From Actinomycetota bacterium (lineage in GTDB: Bacteria > Actinomycetota > Acidimicrobiia > IMCC26256 > VFJJ01): 53,766 nt of DNA. Both the position numbers and the translations under genes were made by a program. Location of the stretch: NCBI GenBank assembly GCA_009886115.1, contig VFJJ01000077.1, forward strand, positions 1 through 53,766, given 5' to 3'. The notes beneath the pieces were generated by a model, which was not told the DNA's origin, did not search any database, and saw only the letters and a program-made list of their open reading frames with translations. Within the stretch, counting starts at the first letter, position 1. Each line of letters opens with the position of its first letter. This document shows positions 22,121 to 31,637 of the stretch, one piece after another.

Positions 22121-22995
22121 TGCCCGTGGGGACCCGCGCCAGCCGCGGTGCGGTCGACTACTGGTGCAACGCCTTCACCCCCGACCGGCGGGACCTCTGG
22201 GACGGCTCCGTAGCCGACCAGGGCATCCGGGTCAAGGTGCGCCGAAACGCCGACGACACGTTCTGCCAAGCTCCCGAGCTCGTGGCCCGCATGGACGAGC
22301 TGGGTATCTCGACGTTGATGGTTCCCACCTGCGACGCCCCCGCCCACATGACGATGCTCGACTTCGAGGCGTTCGCAGCACGGCCTGAGGAGTCGGCTGC
22401 GCTCGTCGACCGTTGGCCGGGACGCTTCGCAGCCACGTGGTCGATCGATCCCAGAACGGGCCTCGCCGGCGTGAGGCGGGCCGCCGACATGCTTGCGAAC
22501 GAGTGGGTCGTCGGCCTGCACATCCATACCCACAGCTGGGATCGGCGCTTCGATCACGCCGATTACTATCCGTATTACACGCTTGCGGCCGAGCACGGCG
22601 TTCCGGTCATCATGCAGGCCGGCACCTCGGGTGGACTGATGCCCAGCGAGTGCGGTCAGCCGATCGGCATCGACCGGCCGGCTCTGTACTTCCCCGATCT
22701 GAGGTTCGTGCTCTCGCACACCGGCTGGCCCTGGTGCGTCGAGGCCATCGCCATGGCCCTCAAGTTCCCCAACGTGTACCTCGGGACCGCTGCCTATCCG
22801 CCACGCCACTGGGATCCGGCCGTGGTCGAGTTCATCAAGCGGGCCGGGCGAGCGAAGGTCTTGTGGGGGACGGGTTTCCCGACCGTCGGTCACCGGCACA
22901 GCCTGAGCCAGGTCGACGAGCTGGGCCTGGTCCCCGAAGCCCGGGACCGCGTGCTCGGCGGAAACGCCCGCGACATCTTCTCCCGTCTCCCATGA
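22120..22995 (+). CDS. Short amidohydrolase family protein
   Basis: YYPYY..A.E.GVPV, FPDLRFVLSHTGWPW, FPNVYLGTAAYPP, KVLWGTGFP, VLGGNA; 1-bp overlap with the ligase stop (TGATG). Confidence 0.88.
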   Translation: MPVGTRASRGAVDYWCNAFTPDRRDLWDGSVADQGIRVKVRRNADDTFCQAPELVARMDELGISTLMVPTCDAPAHMTMLDFEAFAARPEESAALVDRWPGRFAATWSIDPRTGLAGVRRAADMLANEWVVGLHIHTHSWDRRFDHADYYPYYTLAAEHGVPVIMQAGTSGGLMPSECGQPIGIDRPALYFPDLRFVLSHTGWPWCVEAIAMALKFPNVYLGTAAYPPRHWDPAVVEFIKRAGRAKVLWGTGFPTVGHRHSLSQVDELGLVPEARDRVLGGNARDIFSRLP

Positions 22996-23074
22996 ACGTC
23001 GCGAGCACCCACACGGCCTCTGCACGGCGGCACCGCAGAGGCAACGGAACACCCTCGGACGCACTGGAGCGAAC

Positions 23075-23674
23075 ATGACAATCGGAAAGATCTACACGAT
23101 TCCTCCCCAACCACCGGTGGAGGAGAACACCCGTTGGCTCGACGCCGGGGCACTCCGATTCGGGGTCGAGTATCGCGAGCTCGATCCGGCATCACTCGTG
23201 GCGAGCTATGCCGACAACGCGGAGCACCTCGCCGAGCTGGTCGAGCGGTCACCCGATGGCGGCTTCACCGATGAAGGCGTGTCGATCCACGTGAGCACAT
23301 CGGCTCCTGGGCGCGATCATCGGGAGCATCTCCGTTTCGACGTGTTCGACGGCGAGCCCCACTACCACTACATCCACTACGGCGACGACGGCGCGGTGAG
23401 CATCAACAACGTGATCGACTTCGACACCACGGCCCACGGCGAGATGCTCCCCTGGGTCATCGACACGTTGCGCCATCGCGTTGCGGCCATGCTCGAGCAC
23501 GCCGGAGCCGACCTCGAGCCGACGGGCCTCGACGCGGCGATCGTCGCTACCACGATCGATCGGGTAGCCGAGATGGCTCTGGCGGCCCAGAAGGCCCAAC
23601 GCACGGCCCGGGCCGTACCTCTCCCAGGGGTCGGGCACCTCTCAGGAGCCGAGGGCTCTGAGGCCGGCGGCTGA
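23075..23674 (+). CDS. Conserved-looking hypothetical protein with LRFD..FD..PHYHY motif
   Basis: GGAG RBS; globular composition; GVSIHV...EHLRFDVFDGEPHYHYIH. Function unknown. Confidence 0.75.
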   Translation: MTIGKIYTIPPQPPVEENTRWLDAGALRFGVEYRELDPASLVASYADNAEHLAELVERSPDGGFTDEGVSIHVSTSAPGRDHREHLRFDVFDGEPHYHYIHYGDDGAVSINNVIDFDTTAHGEMLPWVIDTLRHRVAAMLEHAGADLEPTGLDAAIVATTIDRVAEMALAAQKAQRTARAVPLPGVGHLSGAEGSEAGG

Positions 23675-24754
23675 AGCCAGGAGGTCGAGCTCGGCGACGA
23701 GGCCGGCCGAGAGGGGAATGCCCTCGGCGAGGCGTTGCGCGCGTCGACGGTGCTCGAGCTCCCCGGGGACGAGAACGCCCGCCGATCCCACCGACGGCTC
23801 GCAGTCGTGCAGGTCGCGCACCAACGTGTCGATGTCGCGGCGGTAGTCGTCGGCGGCCGAGCCATCACCCGAGCCATCACCCGAGCCCGCGCCCGAGCCC
23901 GGGAGCGAGAAGCGGCTCGGGTCGATCGTGATGAACACGTAGCCCTTGGCCACCCGGTCTCGACCGGCGGCGGTGGCGGCGCTGCGCTCGGTACGTCCGA
24001 AGCAACTCCGGGCCAGGGCACCGGCCATGGCCTCGACGAGGAGAGCGATGCCGTAGCCCTTGTGCCCGCCGAACCACTGCAGGTGCATGGGCGAGGCCCT
24101 CTGGGTGTCGGTCGTGGGGTTGCCGTCCTCGTCGTTGGCCCAGCCCTCGGGGATGGTCGCGTCGCCGCGCTTTTTGGCCAGGATCACCTTGTTCCCGGCG
24201 ACGGTCGTGGTCGCGATGTCGTAGACCACGACGGGCTCGTCGAGCGTGGGCAACGCGTACGAGAACGGGTTGGTCGAGAAGATCTGGGTGAGCCCGCCGA
24301 ACGGAGGGACGATCGTGGGCCCGTTCTGGAACGCCAGCGCGATCAACCCGGCCTCGGCCGCCCGCATCGTGTAGTACGCCAAGGCTCCCAGGTGCGTGCT
24401 CTCCCGTACGGCAACGGCGGCGAGGCCGTGGACGCGGGCCCGCTCGATGGCCAGGTCGATCGCGATCCGTCCGGCCACCTGGCCGAAGCCGAGCCCCCCG
24501 TCGAGCAGCACCGTCGATCCGTCGTCACGGACCGTCGACACCTCGGTGACAGCACGGAGGTCACCGGCCTGCATGCGGGCCACGTACAACGCCAGCAGGT
24601 TGCAGCCGTGCGAGTCGACGCCGCGCAGGTCGGCCTCGACGAGGCTGTCGGCCACGATCGCCGCCTGCTCGGCGGGCACCCCGTGATGGTCGAGCACGCC
24701 GACGAGCTGCGCACGCAGCACCTCGGCGTCGATCAGCCGAATGTCGTCGCCCAT
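23642..24754 (-). CDS. Ldh_2 family NAD(P)-dependent oxidoreductase (AllD/ComC-like)
   Basis: ADLRGVDSHG, DGGLGFGQ, HLGAL, TNPF, GGHKGYG, VPGELE; ATG 24754 after GGAGG. Confidence 0.92.
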   Translation of the reverse strand: MGDDIRLIDAEVLRAQLVGVLDHHGVPAEQAAIVADSLVEADLRGVDSHGCNLLALYVARMQAGDLRAVTEVSTVRDDGSTVLLDGGLGFGQVAGRIAIDLAIERARVHGLAAVAVRESTHLGALAYYTMRAAEAGLIALAFQNGPTIVPPFGGLTQIFSTNPFSYALPTLDEPVVVYDIATTTVAGNKVILAKKRGDATIPEGWANDEDGNPTTDTQRASPMHLQWFGGHKGYGIALLVEAMAGALARSCFGRTERSAATAAGRDRVAKGYVFITIDPSRFSLPGSGAGSGDGSGDGSAADDYRRDIDTLVRDLHDCEPSVGSAGVLVPGELEHRRRAQRLAEGIPLSAGLVAELDLLASAAGLRALGS

Positions 24755-24837
24755 CTGCGCCTCCCCGTCGTCGTGCGTCGCTGCGGTCCAGCCGGCACCG
24801 AGCCTACGATGCCGAGCGAGGCGAGACCGGAGGAGCC

Positions 24838-25476
24838 ATGGTGCGCTTGATGGTGCTGGAGTCGAAACCCGAGGTCGTCCTGCGAGCGGCGGGGAGCACC
24901 GGCGGCTCCGAGGTGATCGACACCGGCCACCCCGACGACGCGGTTCGGGCCAAGTTCCGTCGGCCCGGGCCCTTCCCCATGGTGGCCCTGCGTTGGACGG
25001 GGACGGGGACGGGCGGTGCAGGCACGCCGGAGCCGGCGCCGAGTCGCGGACCGTGGTTCGATCTGGTCGAGCACGTCGGCTGGCTGGCCCCACCCGGCGA
25101 GGTTGCCAGCACCGACGCCGCCGACGTCGTGAAGCAGGTGTCGTTCCTCCATGCCAGCGACGGCGTGACGGCCTCTGAGTTCCGGGCCCACTATCGCGAT
25201 CATGTGGCCCTGGCTCGGCGGCTCATGCCCAGCCTGTGGCAGTACCTGCAGTACGACGTGCAGGTCATCGGCGGCGACCGCGCCGCGCTCGCCAGCGGCG
25301 TCGTTGCCGTGTCGGTGCTGTGGTTCAAGACGACGGCCGACTTCTTGCACCGCTACTTCCTGACGCCCGACGACGCCGAGGAGTTCCGCTCGCACGAAGG
25401 TTTCCTCGACCTCACCCGAGCCGTCACGTTCGTGGGGACGAGCCATCCGACCTCGGGACCGGTCGACCGTCCCTGA
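24838..25476 (+). CDS. EthD-domain-like protein
   Basis: C-terminal VKQVSFL...EFRAHYRDHVALARRLMP...YLQ...LWF...FLD pattern; GGAGG RBS. Confidence 0.7.
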   Translation: MVRLMVLESKPEVVLRAAGSTGGSEVIDTGHPDDAVRAKFRRPGPFPMVALRWTGTGTGGAGTPEPAPSRGPWFDLVEHVGWLAPPGEVASTDAADVVKQVSFLHASDGVTASEFRAHYRDHVALARRLMPSLWQYLQYDVQVIGGDRAALASGVVAVSVLWFKTTADFLHRYFLTPDDAEEFRSHEGFLDLTRAVTFVGTSHPTSGPVDRP

Positions 25477-25518
25477 GGTGCTCGCCCGGCAGCCCCACCA
25501 CACGGAAAGGCGCTCGCA

Positions 25519-26670
25519 TTGGATCGAGCCACGCAGCACGAGGTTGCCGCTCGGGTCATCGACCAGCACGCGGCGCGGACCACCACGTTGGCTGAGGAGC
25601 CCCACCGGATCCCCGTCGTGTCGTACGTGTCGGAGGAGCACCATCGTCGTGAGCAGCGCGTGCTCTTTCGCGACTCGCCGGTGCTGGCGTGCCTCTCCGT
25701 CGACATTCCCGAGCCTGGCGACAGCATCACGATCGAGTCGGGTGGTGTCCCCATCGTCGTGGTTCGTGCCCGCGATGGCGGTGTGCGCGCCCACCTCAAC
25801 GTGTGTCGCCACCGGGGCACGCAGCTCACGCGCGGGCGTACGTCGGGCTCGAAGAGCTTCTCGTGCCCGTTCCACGGATGGGTGTACGACGCCGACGACG
25901 GTCGCCTGCTCGCCCAGCCCCGCTCGTGCGACGGCTTCGCCGGCATCGATGCCGCCAGCCTCGGGCTCCGCCCGCTCGCTGCGGTGGAAGCCCACGGGCT
26001 GGTCGTCGTGCGGCCCGGAAGCGACGCGCCCATCGACGCCGATGGCTGGCTGGCCGGGCTGGGCCCCGAGTTGGCGGTTCGCGACTACCACGCGCTCATC
26101 CCCTACGCGCAGGCCAGCTCGACGTGGAACTGCAACTGGAAGCTGCTCATCGACACGTTCCTCGAGTCGTACCACGTCCCGACCCTGCACCGGGTCTCGC
26201 TCGGTGCGGCCTACCTCGGGATCGCGTCACCTTTCGACGCGTACGGTCCCCACAACCGGATCGTCGTTCCCCAGACGGCGATCCTCGATCAGGGCGAGCG
26301 TCCCCGACACGAGTGGGAGCTGCTGGCGCACTCGGTCCTGCAGTACTTCCTGGCACCCAACGTGATCATCAGCAACATCACGGGCTACGTGATGGTGTGG
26401 CGCTTCCTGGCCGACGCCGTCGACCGCACGACCGTCGAGCACGCGTTCTACACCTCCGAGCCGGTGAGCACCGACGCCGACCGGGAGCGGTTCGACCAGC
26501 GCTTCGCTGCGGCCCGCACCGTCACCGGCGCCGAGGACTTCCCCGAGTCGGAGCTGATCCACCGGAACCTGGCGTCGGGCATGACCGAGACGACCATCGC
26601 CGGCCGCAACGAGCCCGGGATCATCCACTTCCATCGGATGATCGCGTCGGCTCTGGCCGCCTCGTCCTGA
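25519..26670 (+). CDS. Rieske non-heme iron oxygenase, alpha subunit
   Basis: Rieske ligands CRH...CPFHGW; mononuclear Fe motif NWK...FLESYHVPTLH and EDF; TTG start after GAAAGG. Confidence 0.93.
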   Translation: MDRATQHEVAARVIDQHAARTTTLAEEPHRIPVVSYVSEEHHRREQRVLFRDSPVLACLSVDIPEPGDSITIESGGVPIVVVRARDGGVRAHLNVCRHRGTQLTRGRTSGSKSFSCPFHGWVYDADDGRLLAQPRSCDGFAGIDAASLGLRPLAAVEAHGLVVVRPGSDAPIDADGWLAGLGPELAVRDYHALIPYAQASSTWNCNWKLLIDTFLESYHVPTLHRVSLGAAYLGIASPFDAYGPHNRIVVPQTAILDQGERPRHEWELLAHSVLQYFLAPNVIISNITGYVMVWRFLADAVDRTTVEHAFYTSEPVSTDADRERFDQRFAAARTVTGAEDFPESELIHRNLASGMTETTIAGRNEPGIIHFHRMIASALAASS

Positions 26671-26687
26671 GGAGCGCCTGGGTCGCT

Positions 26688-27551
26688 TCACGAACCCGGT
26701 GCCCGCCGGGCGAGCATGACGTCGGCGCCGAGTACGGGCTCGATGAACGGACCGAAGTTCGGGCCCCGCCGGAGGGCATGCCCGCCGTCGCTGTTGATGA
26801 TCTGGCCGGTGATCCAGCGCGACTCCGGTCCGATCAGGAACCGGGCGAGCGAGCCGATCTCCTCGGGCGCTCCGACGTCACCGAGCGGCGTGTTCTCGAT
26901 GTAGCTCTGGTAGACGGCCGAGTCGCGCGGGATCCCCTCCATGATCTCGGTCGAGATGAACCCGGGCCGGATGGCGTTGAACCGCACGGCCACCGGGCCG
27001 TACTCGTCGGCCGCGTTGCGCATCATGGCCTCGATGCCGGCCTTGCCGACTGTGTAGGCGCCGAAGTACGGATGGGTGACGCTGCCGGCGATCGACGACA
27101 TGCCAACGAACGACCCACCGCCGGCGGCGACCATGGGGGCCACGGTGTGCTTCACGCACAAGAACGTGCCCAGCACGTTCAGGTGCAGCACCCTGATGAA
27201 CTCGGCCGTGTCCTGGAGGTGGAGCGGACCCAGGCCCCCTCCCCCGCCAGCGTTGGCCACGACGCCGTCGAGGCGTCCCGTGGGCTCGAGCGCCCGGGCG
27301 ACGAGCGCCTCCACCTCGGCCTCGACGGTGACGTCGGCCACGACGTGCTGCACGCTGCCGCCGTTCGAAGCCTGGGCGCGGATCCGCTCGGCCGCCTCGA
27401 CGAGCTTCGACTCCGTGCGACCGCAAATCGTGACCGCCGCCCCGTCGACAGCCAACGCCGCCGCGCACGCGCTACCGATGCCGGTACCGCCTCCGGTGAC
27501 GATGACGGAGCGGCCTTCGAGGCCACCAGAAGGACGGCTGAGGCGGTTCAT
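26688..27551 (-). CDS. Short-chain dehydrogenase/reductase (SDR)
   Basis: TGGGTGIG, ANAG, catalytic YTVGK, NAIRPG, ITGQIINSDGG; ATG 27551 after GGAG. Confidence 0.93.
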   Translation of the reverse strand: MNRLSRPSGGLEGRSVIVTGGGTGIGSACAAALAVDGAAVTICGRTESKLVEAAERIRAQASNGGSVQHVVADVTVEAEVEALVARALEPTGRLDGVVANAGGGGGLGPLHLQDTAEFIRVLHLNVLGTFLCVKHTVAPMVAAGGGSFVGMSSIAGSVTHPYFGAYTVGKAGIEAMMRNAADEYGPVAVRFNAIRPGFISTEIMEGIPRDSAVYQSYIENTPLGDVGAPEEIGSLARFLIGPESRWITGQIINSDGGHALRRGPNFGPFIEPVLGADVMLARRAPGS

Positions 27552-27627
27552 GAGATCTCCAGGATGGTGGGCCGGCTGGGTGCCACCTTCATCGCTGGAG
27601 GCCCGTCCTGACAAATGAGGCCCCGGG

Positions 27628-29967
27628 CTACGAGCCGTCGGCCAACGATCTCCACACCCGTTCGGGGCTGCACGGAACGGCGATCGATACGACGCCGCGG
27701 CCCGCCAAGGCGTCGAGCACGGCGGCGTGCACCGCGATGGGTGCCGCGATGGTGCCGATCTCGCCAACGCCCTTGGCGCCCAAGGGATTCGTGGTGGCGA
27801 CCGTCGGCGCGAACGTGTTGCCCAGCCCGCTGATCGACGGGAGCTCGGCCGCAGACGGGACGAGGTACTCGGCCAGGCTCAGTGTGCGGGGGCTGCCGTC
27901 GTCGTAGCGGAACTCCTCGAACAACGCCTGGGCGAGACCCTGAACGCTGGCGCCGATCACCTGCCCGTCGGCCGATGGGTGATCGAGGACCGTGCCGCAG
28001 TCGGTGATCGCGAGCAGGCGCACCAGCCTGACTGCTCCCGTCTCGGGATCGACCTCGACCACGGCGCACTGCGCAGCGAACGGGTACGTGGCGTGGTCCT
28101 GCTCGAACACGCAGCGGGCTTCGAGGGCGCCGGAACCACTCGGCCCGCCAGAGCGGCCACGGGCGCCGGGACCCCCGGGACCGCCGGGACCGCCCCGTGT
28201 GCCCCCGTTGGCTGCGAGCGCAGCCAGCTCCGCATACGAGAGGCTGCGAGCCGGGACTCCCCGCACGCCGAGGCACCCGTCCACGACGACGACGTCGGCG
28301 ACCGGCGCCTCGAGCACATCGGCGGCCAGCCGGCGGGCCTGTGCGAGAACCTCCTCGGCCACCTGGCGCGCCGCGCTGCCGGCGAGCTGGAGCGACCGCG
28401 ACCCGGAGCTCCCCATCCCGTCGGGCTCGGCGTCGGTGTCGCCTTCCACCACCGTCACGTCGTCGACCCCGACACCCAGCGTCTCGGCCACGAGCCCGGC
28501 GAAGACGATGGCGTGCTCTTGTCCGGCGGCGGCCGTGCCCAGGGTGAGGACGATCGAGCCGTCCGCCCCGAGGGTGAGTGCAGCCGGCTCTCGCCGAGCG
28601 AACCACGCTGTGGAGTCGACGACGGTGGCCACGCCGATCCCGACGAGCCAACCGGTGCCGGCCTCGCCGTCGCGGGCGCGGTCGCTCGCTGTGGCCGACG
28701 ACCGCACTGTCGCCTGGCGTTCACGCAACGACGAGTAGCCGACCTCGTGTAGCAACTGCTCGAGCACGCCCGGGTAGTCACCATCGGCGAGATGCGCCCC
28801 CGCCGGGGTGAGACGCGGGAGCTCGTCGGGGCGCAGGAGGTTGCGCCTGCGCACCTCGACCGGATCGAGAGCGAGCTTCCGGGCCAGGAGATCGAGGGCC
28901 CGCTCGAGCGCACCCGACGCTTCAGCACGTCCCGGACCGCGGTAGGCGCCGGTCGGGGCGAGGTTCGTGGTGACGCTCCGCGCCGCAACGTGCAGGGCAT
29001 CGATCCGGTAGGGACCACACGCCATGAGCGTGGTCTTGCCCGGCTCGACGGCGCCCGTCGAAGGGTAGGCGCCAGCGTCCGCGGTGTCGTCGAGGCCCAG
29101 CCAGAGCAGTCGCCCGTCGTGATCGGCGTGCACCTCGACCGTGAGGTGCGCTCCGCGACCCTGCATCGACAGGAGGTTCCCCGACCGGTCCTCCACGAAG
29201 CGCACCGGACGACCGAGCCGGAGCGCCGCCGCTGCCGTCACGACATGGTCGGGGACCCCGCCGATCGCCTTGCCTCCGAATCCTCCGCCGATGTTCGGTG
29301 CGACGACCCGAACCCGATCGAGCGCGAGACCCGTCGAGCGGGCGATCTGGGCTCGGGTGCCCTGTGGCGACTGGGTCGAGACGTGCACGGTGAGTCGGCC
29401 GTCGGGCCCGGGCACGGCCACGACGGAATGCCCTTCCATCGGCGCGACCGCGACCCTCGGGAGGTGAAACGAAGTGCGCACGACGACCTCGCCTTCGCGG
29501 CACCGGTGAGTACCCGCGTCGACCGTCCACGACAGCACGACGTTGCTCGCGCTGGTCGGAATCACCGGGGCGGCGCCGGGCTCGAGAGCCTCGGCGATGC
29601 CCACGATCGCCGGCAGGGTCTCGTACTCGATGACGACCCGCTCGGCCCCGTCGAGCGCGGCGGCCAGGGTCTCGGCCACCACGGCGACGACCCGCTCGCC
29701 CACGTAGCGCACCGTGCCGTCGGCCAGGGCGGGCTGGGCGAAGGTCTCGGGGATCGACATGATCTCCCAGACGGGCACCGTCGGCAGTGAACCGGCCGTG
29801 AACACGGCGACGACCCCGGGTATCTCCTCGGCCGCCGACACGTCGATGGAGACGATGCGGCCGTGGGGCACGGTCGAGCGGACGAACACCAGATGCAGGG
29901 CGTCGATCGGAAGGTCGGCTGCGAATCGGGCCGCCCCTGTCGTCAATCCGGCGAAGCGCTGCGCCAT
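27628..29967 (-). CDS. Xanthine dehydrogenase/CoxL-like molybdopterin-binding large subunit
   Basis: FVRSTVPHGRI, VRYVGE, GGGFGGK, AYRGPGRAE, VEVDPETG, GAKGVGEIG. Start set at ATG 29967 because the ORF-track extension overlaps the next gene. Confidence 0.92.
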   Translation of the reverse strand: MAQRFAGLTTGAARFAADLPIDALHLVFVRSTVPHGRIVSIDVSAAEEIPGVVAVFTAGSLPTVPVWEIMSIPETFAQPALADGTVRYVGERVVAVVAETLAAALDGAERVVIEYETLPAIVGIAEALEPGAAPVIPTSASNVVLSWTVDAGTHRCREGEVVVRTSFHLPRVAVAPMEGHSVVAVPGPDGRLTVHVSTQSPQGTRAQIARSTGLALDRVRVVAPNIGGGFGGKAIGGVPDHVVTAAAALRLGRPVRFVEDRSGNLLSMQGRGAHLTVEVHADHDGRLLWLGLDDTADAGAYPSTGAVEPGKTTLMACGPYRIDALHVAARSVTTNLAPTGAYRGPGRAEASGALERALDLLARKLALDPVEVRRRNLLRPDELPRLTPAGAHLADGDYPGVLEQLLHEVGYSSLRERQATVRSSATASDRARDGEAGTGWLVGIGVATVVDSTAWFARREPAALTLGADGSIVLTLGTAAAGQEHAIVFAGLVAETLGVGVDDVTVVEGDTDAEPDGMGSSGSRSLQLAGSAARQVAEEVLAQARRLAADVLEAPVADVVVVDGCLGVRGVPARSLSYAELAALAANGGTRGGPGGPGGPGARGRSGGPSGSGALEARCVFEQDHATYPFAAQCAVVEVDPETGAVRLVRLLAITDCGTVLDHPSADGQVIGASVQGLAQALFEEFRYDDGSPRTLSLAEYLVPSAAELPSISGLGNTFAPTVATTNPLGAKGVGEIGTIAAPIAVHAAVLDALAGRGVVSIAVPCSPERVWRSLADGS

Positions 29968-30060
29968 CTGGAGGCCCTCTCCCCCGGCCACCGCCTGCCT
30001 TGCCGGGCGATCGCGAGGAGGGCAGGCTAGCGGCACGGTTGGACGACTCCGAGGAGAGCC

Positions 30061-30513
30061 ATGGGTGTGCGGTTGAGCGAGGACGAGGCCTGGGCGTTTC
30101 TCGAGGCGGGGCACACGGGAATCCTCACGTCGATGAAGCGCGACGGCTTCCCGATCGCGCTCCCCGTCTGGTACGCCGTCATCGACCGTCACGTCTTCGT
30201 TGCCGGTCCGGGCACGTCGAGGAAGTTCGCCCGGGTGCGCAACAACGGCAAGGTCTCGTTCCTCGTCGAATCGGGCGAGCGCTGGGCGGAGCTGAAGGCC
30301 GTGCACCTCACCGGCCGAGCCGAGATCGTCGACGCCGAGGCGTGGCCCGAGGTTGACCGCCAGATGGACGCGAAGTACGCCGCGTACCGCACAGCGTCCA
30401 AGGCCATGCCCGACGCCACCCGCAAGCACTACGCCGTGTCGCGTGGGCTCATGCGCATCGCTCCCGAGGCTCGAATCCTCACGTGGGACAACGCTCGCCT
30501 GGGGCTGTCTTGA
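30061..30513 (+). CDS. Pyridoxamine 5'-phosphate oxidase-like (FMN/F420 split-barrel) protein
   Basis: 150 aa; L.S.K.DG.P...PVWY, K..RVRNN.KVSFLVESGE, TWDN; GAGGAG RBS. Confidence 0.85.
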   Translation: MGVRLSEDEAWAFLEAGHTGILTSMKRDGFPIALPVWYAVIDRHVFVAGPGTSRKFARVRNNGKVSFLVESGERWAELKAVHLTGRAEIVDAEAWPEVDRQMDAKYAAYRTASKAMPDATRKHYAVSRGLMRIAPEARILTWDNARLGLS

Positions 30514-30557
30514 CACCAGGGAGCGTGAGCGGCGACGGCGCACAGGGAACGTCGACG

Positions 30558-31538
30558 ATGCGGGCCGTCCGCTGCGTCGATCGAGCGGCGGCGGTCGTCG
30601 ACGTGCCCCGACCGAGCGGCGACGGGGTGCTCGTGAAGGTGGCATCGGCCGGGATCTGCGGCTCCGATCTCCACCTGATGTCCATGTGGCCCTTGGCGGC
30701 CACGCTCGGCCACGAGTTCGCCGGCACGCTCGCCGACGGCACCCCCGTGGCCGTCGAGCCGCTCGATCCGTGCTGGGAGTGCCCGGCGTGCCTCGACGGC
30801 ATCTACCACCGCTGTGTCCGCGGGCCGATGCACGTCATCGGCCTCGGCTCCGACGGGGGGATGGCCGAGAGCTGCCTCGTTCCCGAGTCGGCCATCGTCA
30901 GGCTCCCCGCCGGTCTCACGCCGAGCGACGCCTGTCTCGTCGAGCCCGTCGCCGTCGCGGTCCACGGTGTTCGTCGCGGCGCGATCCGTGCGGGCGAGCG
31001 GGTGGCCGTGATCGGTGGCGGGACGATCGGCCAGTGCTCGGTCGTGGCCGCGCAGGCGGCCGGGGCCACGGTCGATCTCGTCGCCCGCCACGACCGCCAG
31101 CGCGAGGCCGGGGCTCGGCTCGGCGCCGGATCGGTTCCCGAGGGCGCAACAGCAGGTGTTCCTGGAGACGCCAGCGCCGGCCTCGGGCGCCGCTACGACG
31201 TGGTCTTCGAAGCCGCCGGCACCAGCGCCGCCATGGCGCAGGCCGTGGCCCTGTGCGCGTCGGGTGGACGGATCGTGATGGTCGCCAGCTACTGGGAGGG
31301 CCTCGAGATCCCGGGCATGGACGTGAGCATGAACGAGATCACGCTCATCCCGGCCTCGATGTACTGCCGCTCGGGTCCGTCGCGCGATGTCGACGTGGCT
31401 GCGCAGATCCTGGCGTCGCGCCCCGAGATCGCCTCGTCGATCATCACCCACCGATTCCCGCTCGAGGCCGCGGGCGAGGCCTTCCGCGTCGCGGCCGACC
31501 GGGCGTCGGGCGCCATCAAGGTCGTGCTCGAACCCTAG
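30558..31538 (+). CDS. Zn-dependent dehydrogenase (threonine/sorbitol dehydrogenase-like MDR)
   Basis: GICGSDLH, GHEFAG, CWECPAC..C, VEP, GGGTIG, ITHRFPL, IKVVL. Confidence 0.9.
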   Translation: MRAVRCVDRAAAVVDVPRPSGDGVLVKVASAGICGSDLHLMSMWPLAATLGHEFAGTLADGTPVAVEPLDPCWECPACLDGIYHRCVRGPMHVIGLGSDGGMAESCLVPESAIVRLPAGLTPSDACLVEPVAVAVHGVRRGAIRAGERVAVIGGGTIGQCSVVAAQAAGATVDLVARHDRQREAGARLGAGSVPEGATAGVPGDASAGLGRRYDVVFEAAGTSAAMAQAVALCASGGRIVMVASYWEGLEIPGMDVSMNEITLIPASMYCRSGPSRDVDVAAQILASRPEIASSIITHRFPLEAAGEAFRVAADRASGAIKVVLEP

Positions 31539-31555
31539 GGCGTTCCCACCCCACC

Positions 31556-31606
31556 CGTTCTTTGTGTCCCAGCCCACGCCAGGCGCGGTGCTGACCACAA
31601 AGAACG
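31556..31606. repeat. REP-like imperfect palindrome
   Basis: CGTTCTTTGTG...CGCCAGGCG...CACAAAGAACG followed by CGGGG; outer arms nearly identical to the 18191 copy; between convergent genes. Confidence 0.85.
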
Positions 31607-31637
31607 CGGGGCGTGCCCCGCCGTGCCCTGCGGTCGC

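Noticed and set aside
27628..29967. Aerobic CO dehydrogenase (form I coxL)
   Set aside because: Lacks the AYxCSFR motif and adjacent coxM/coxS.
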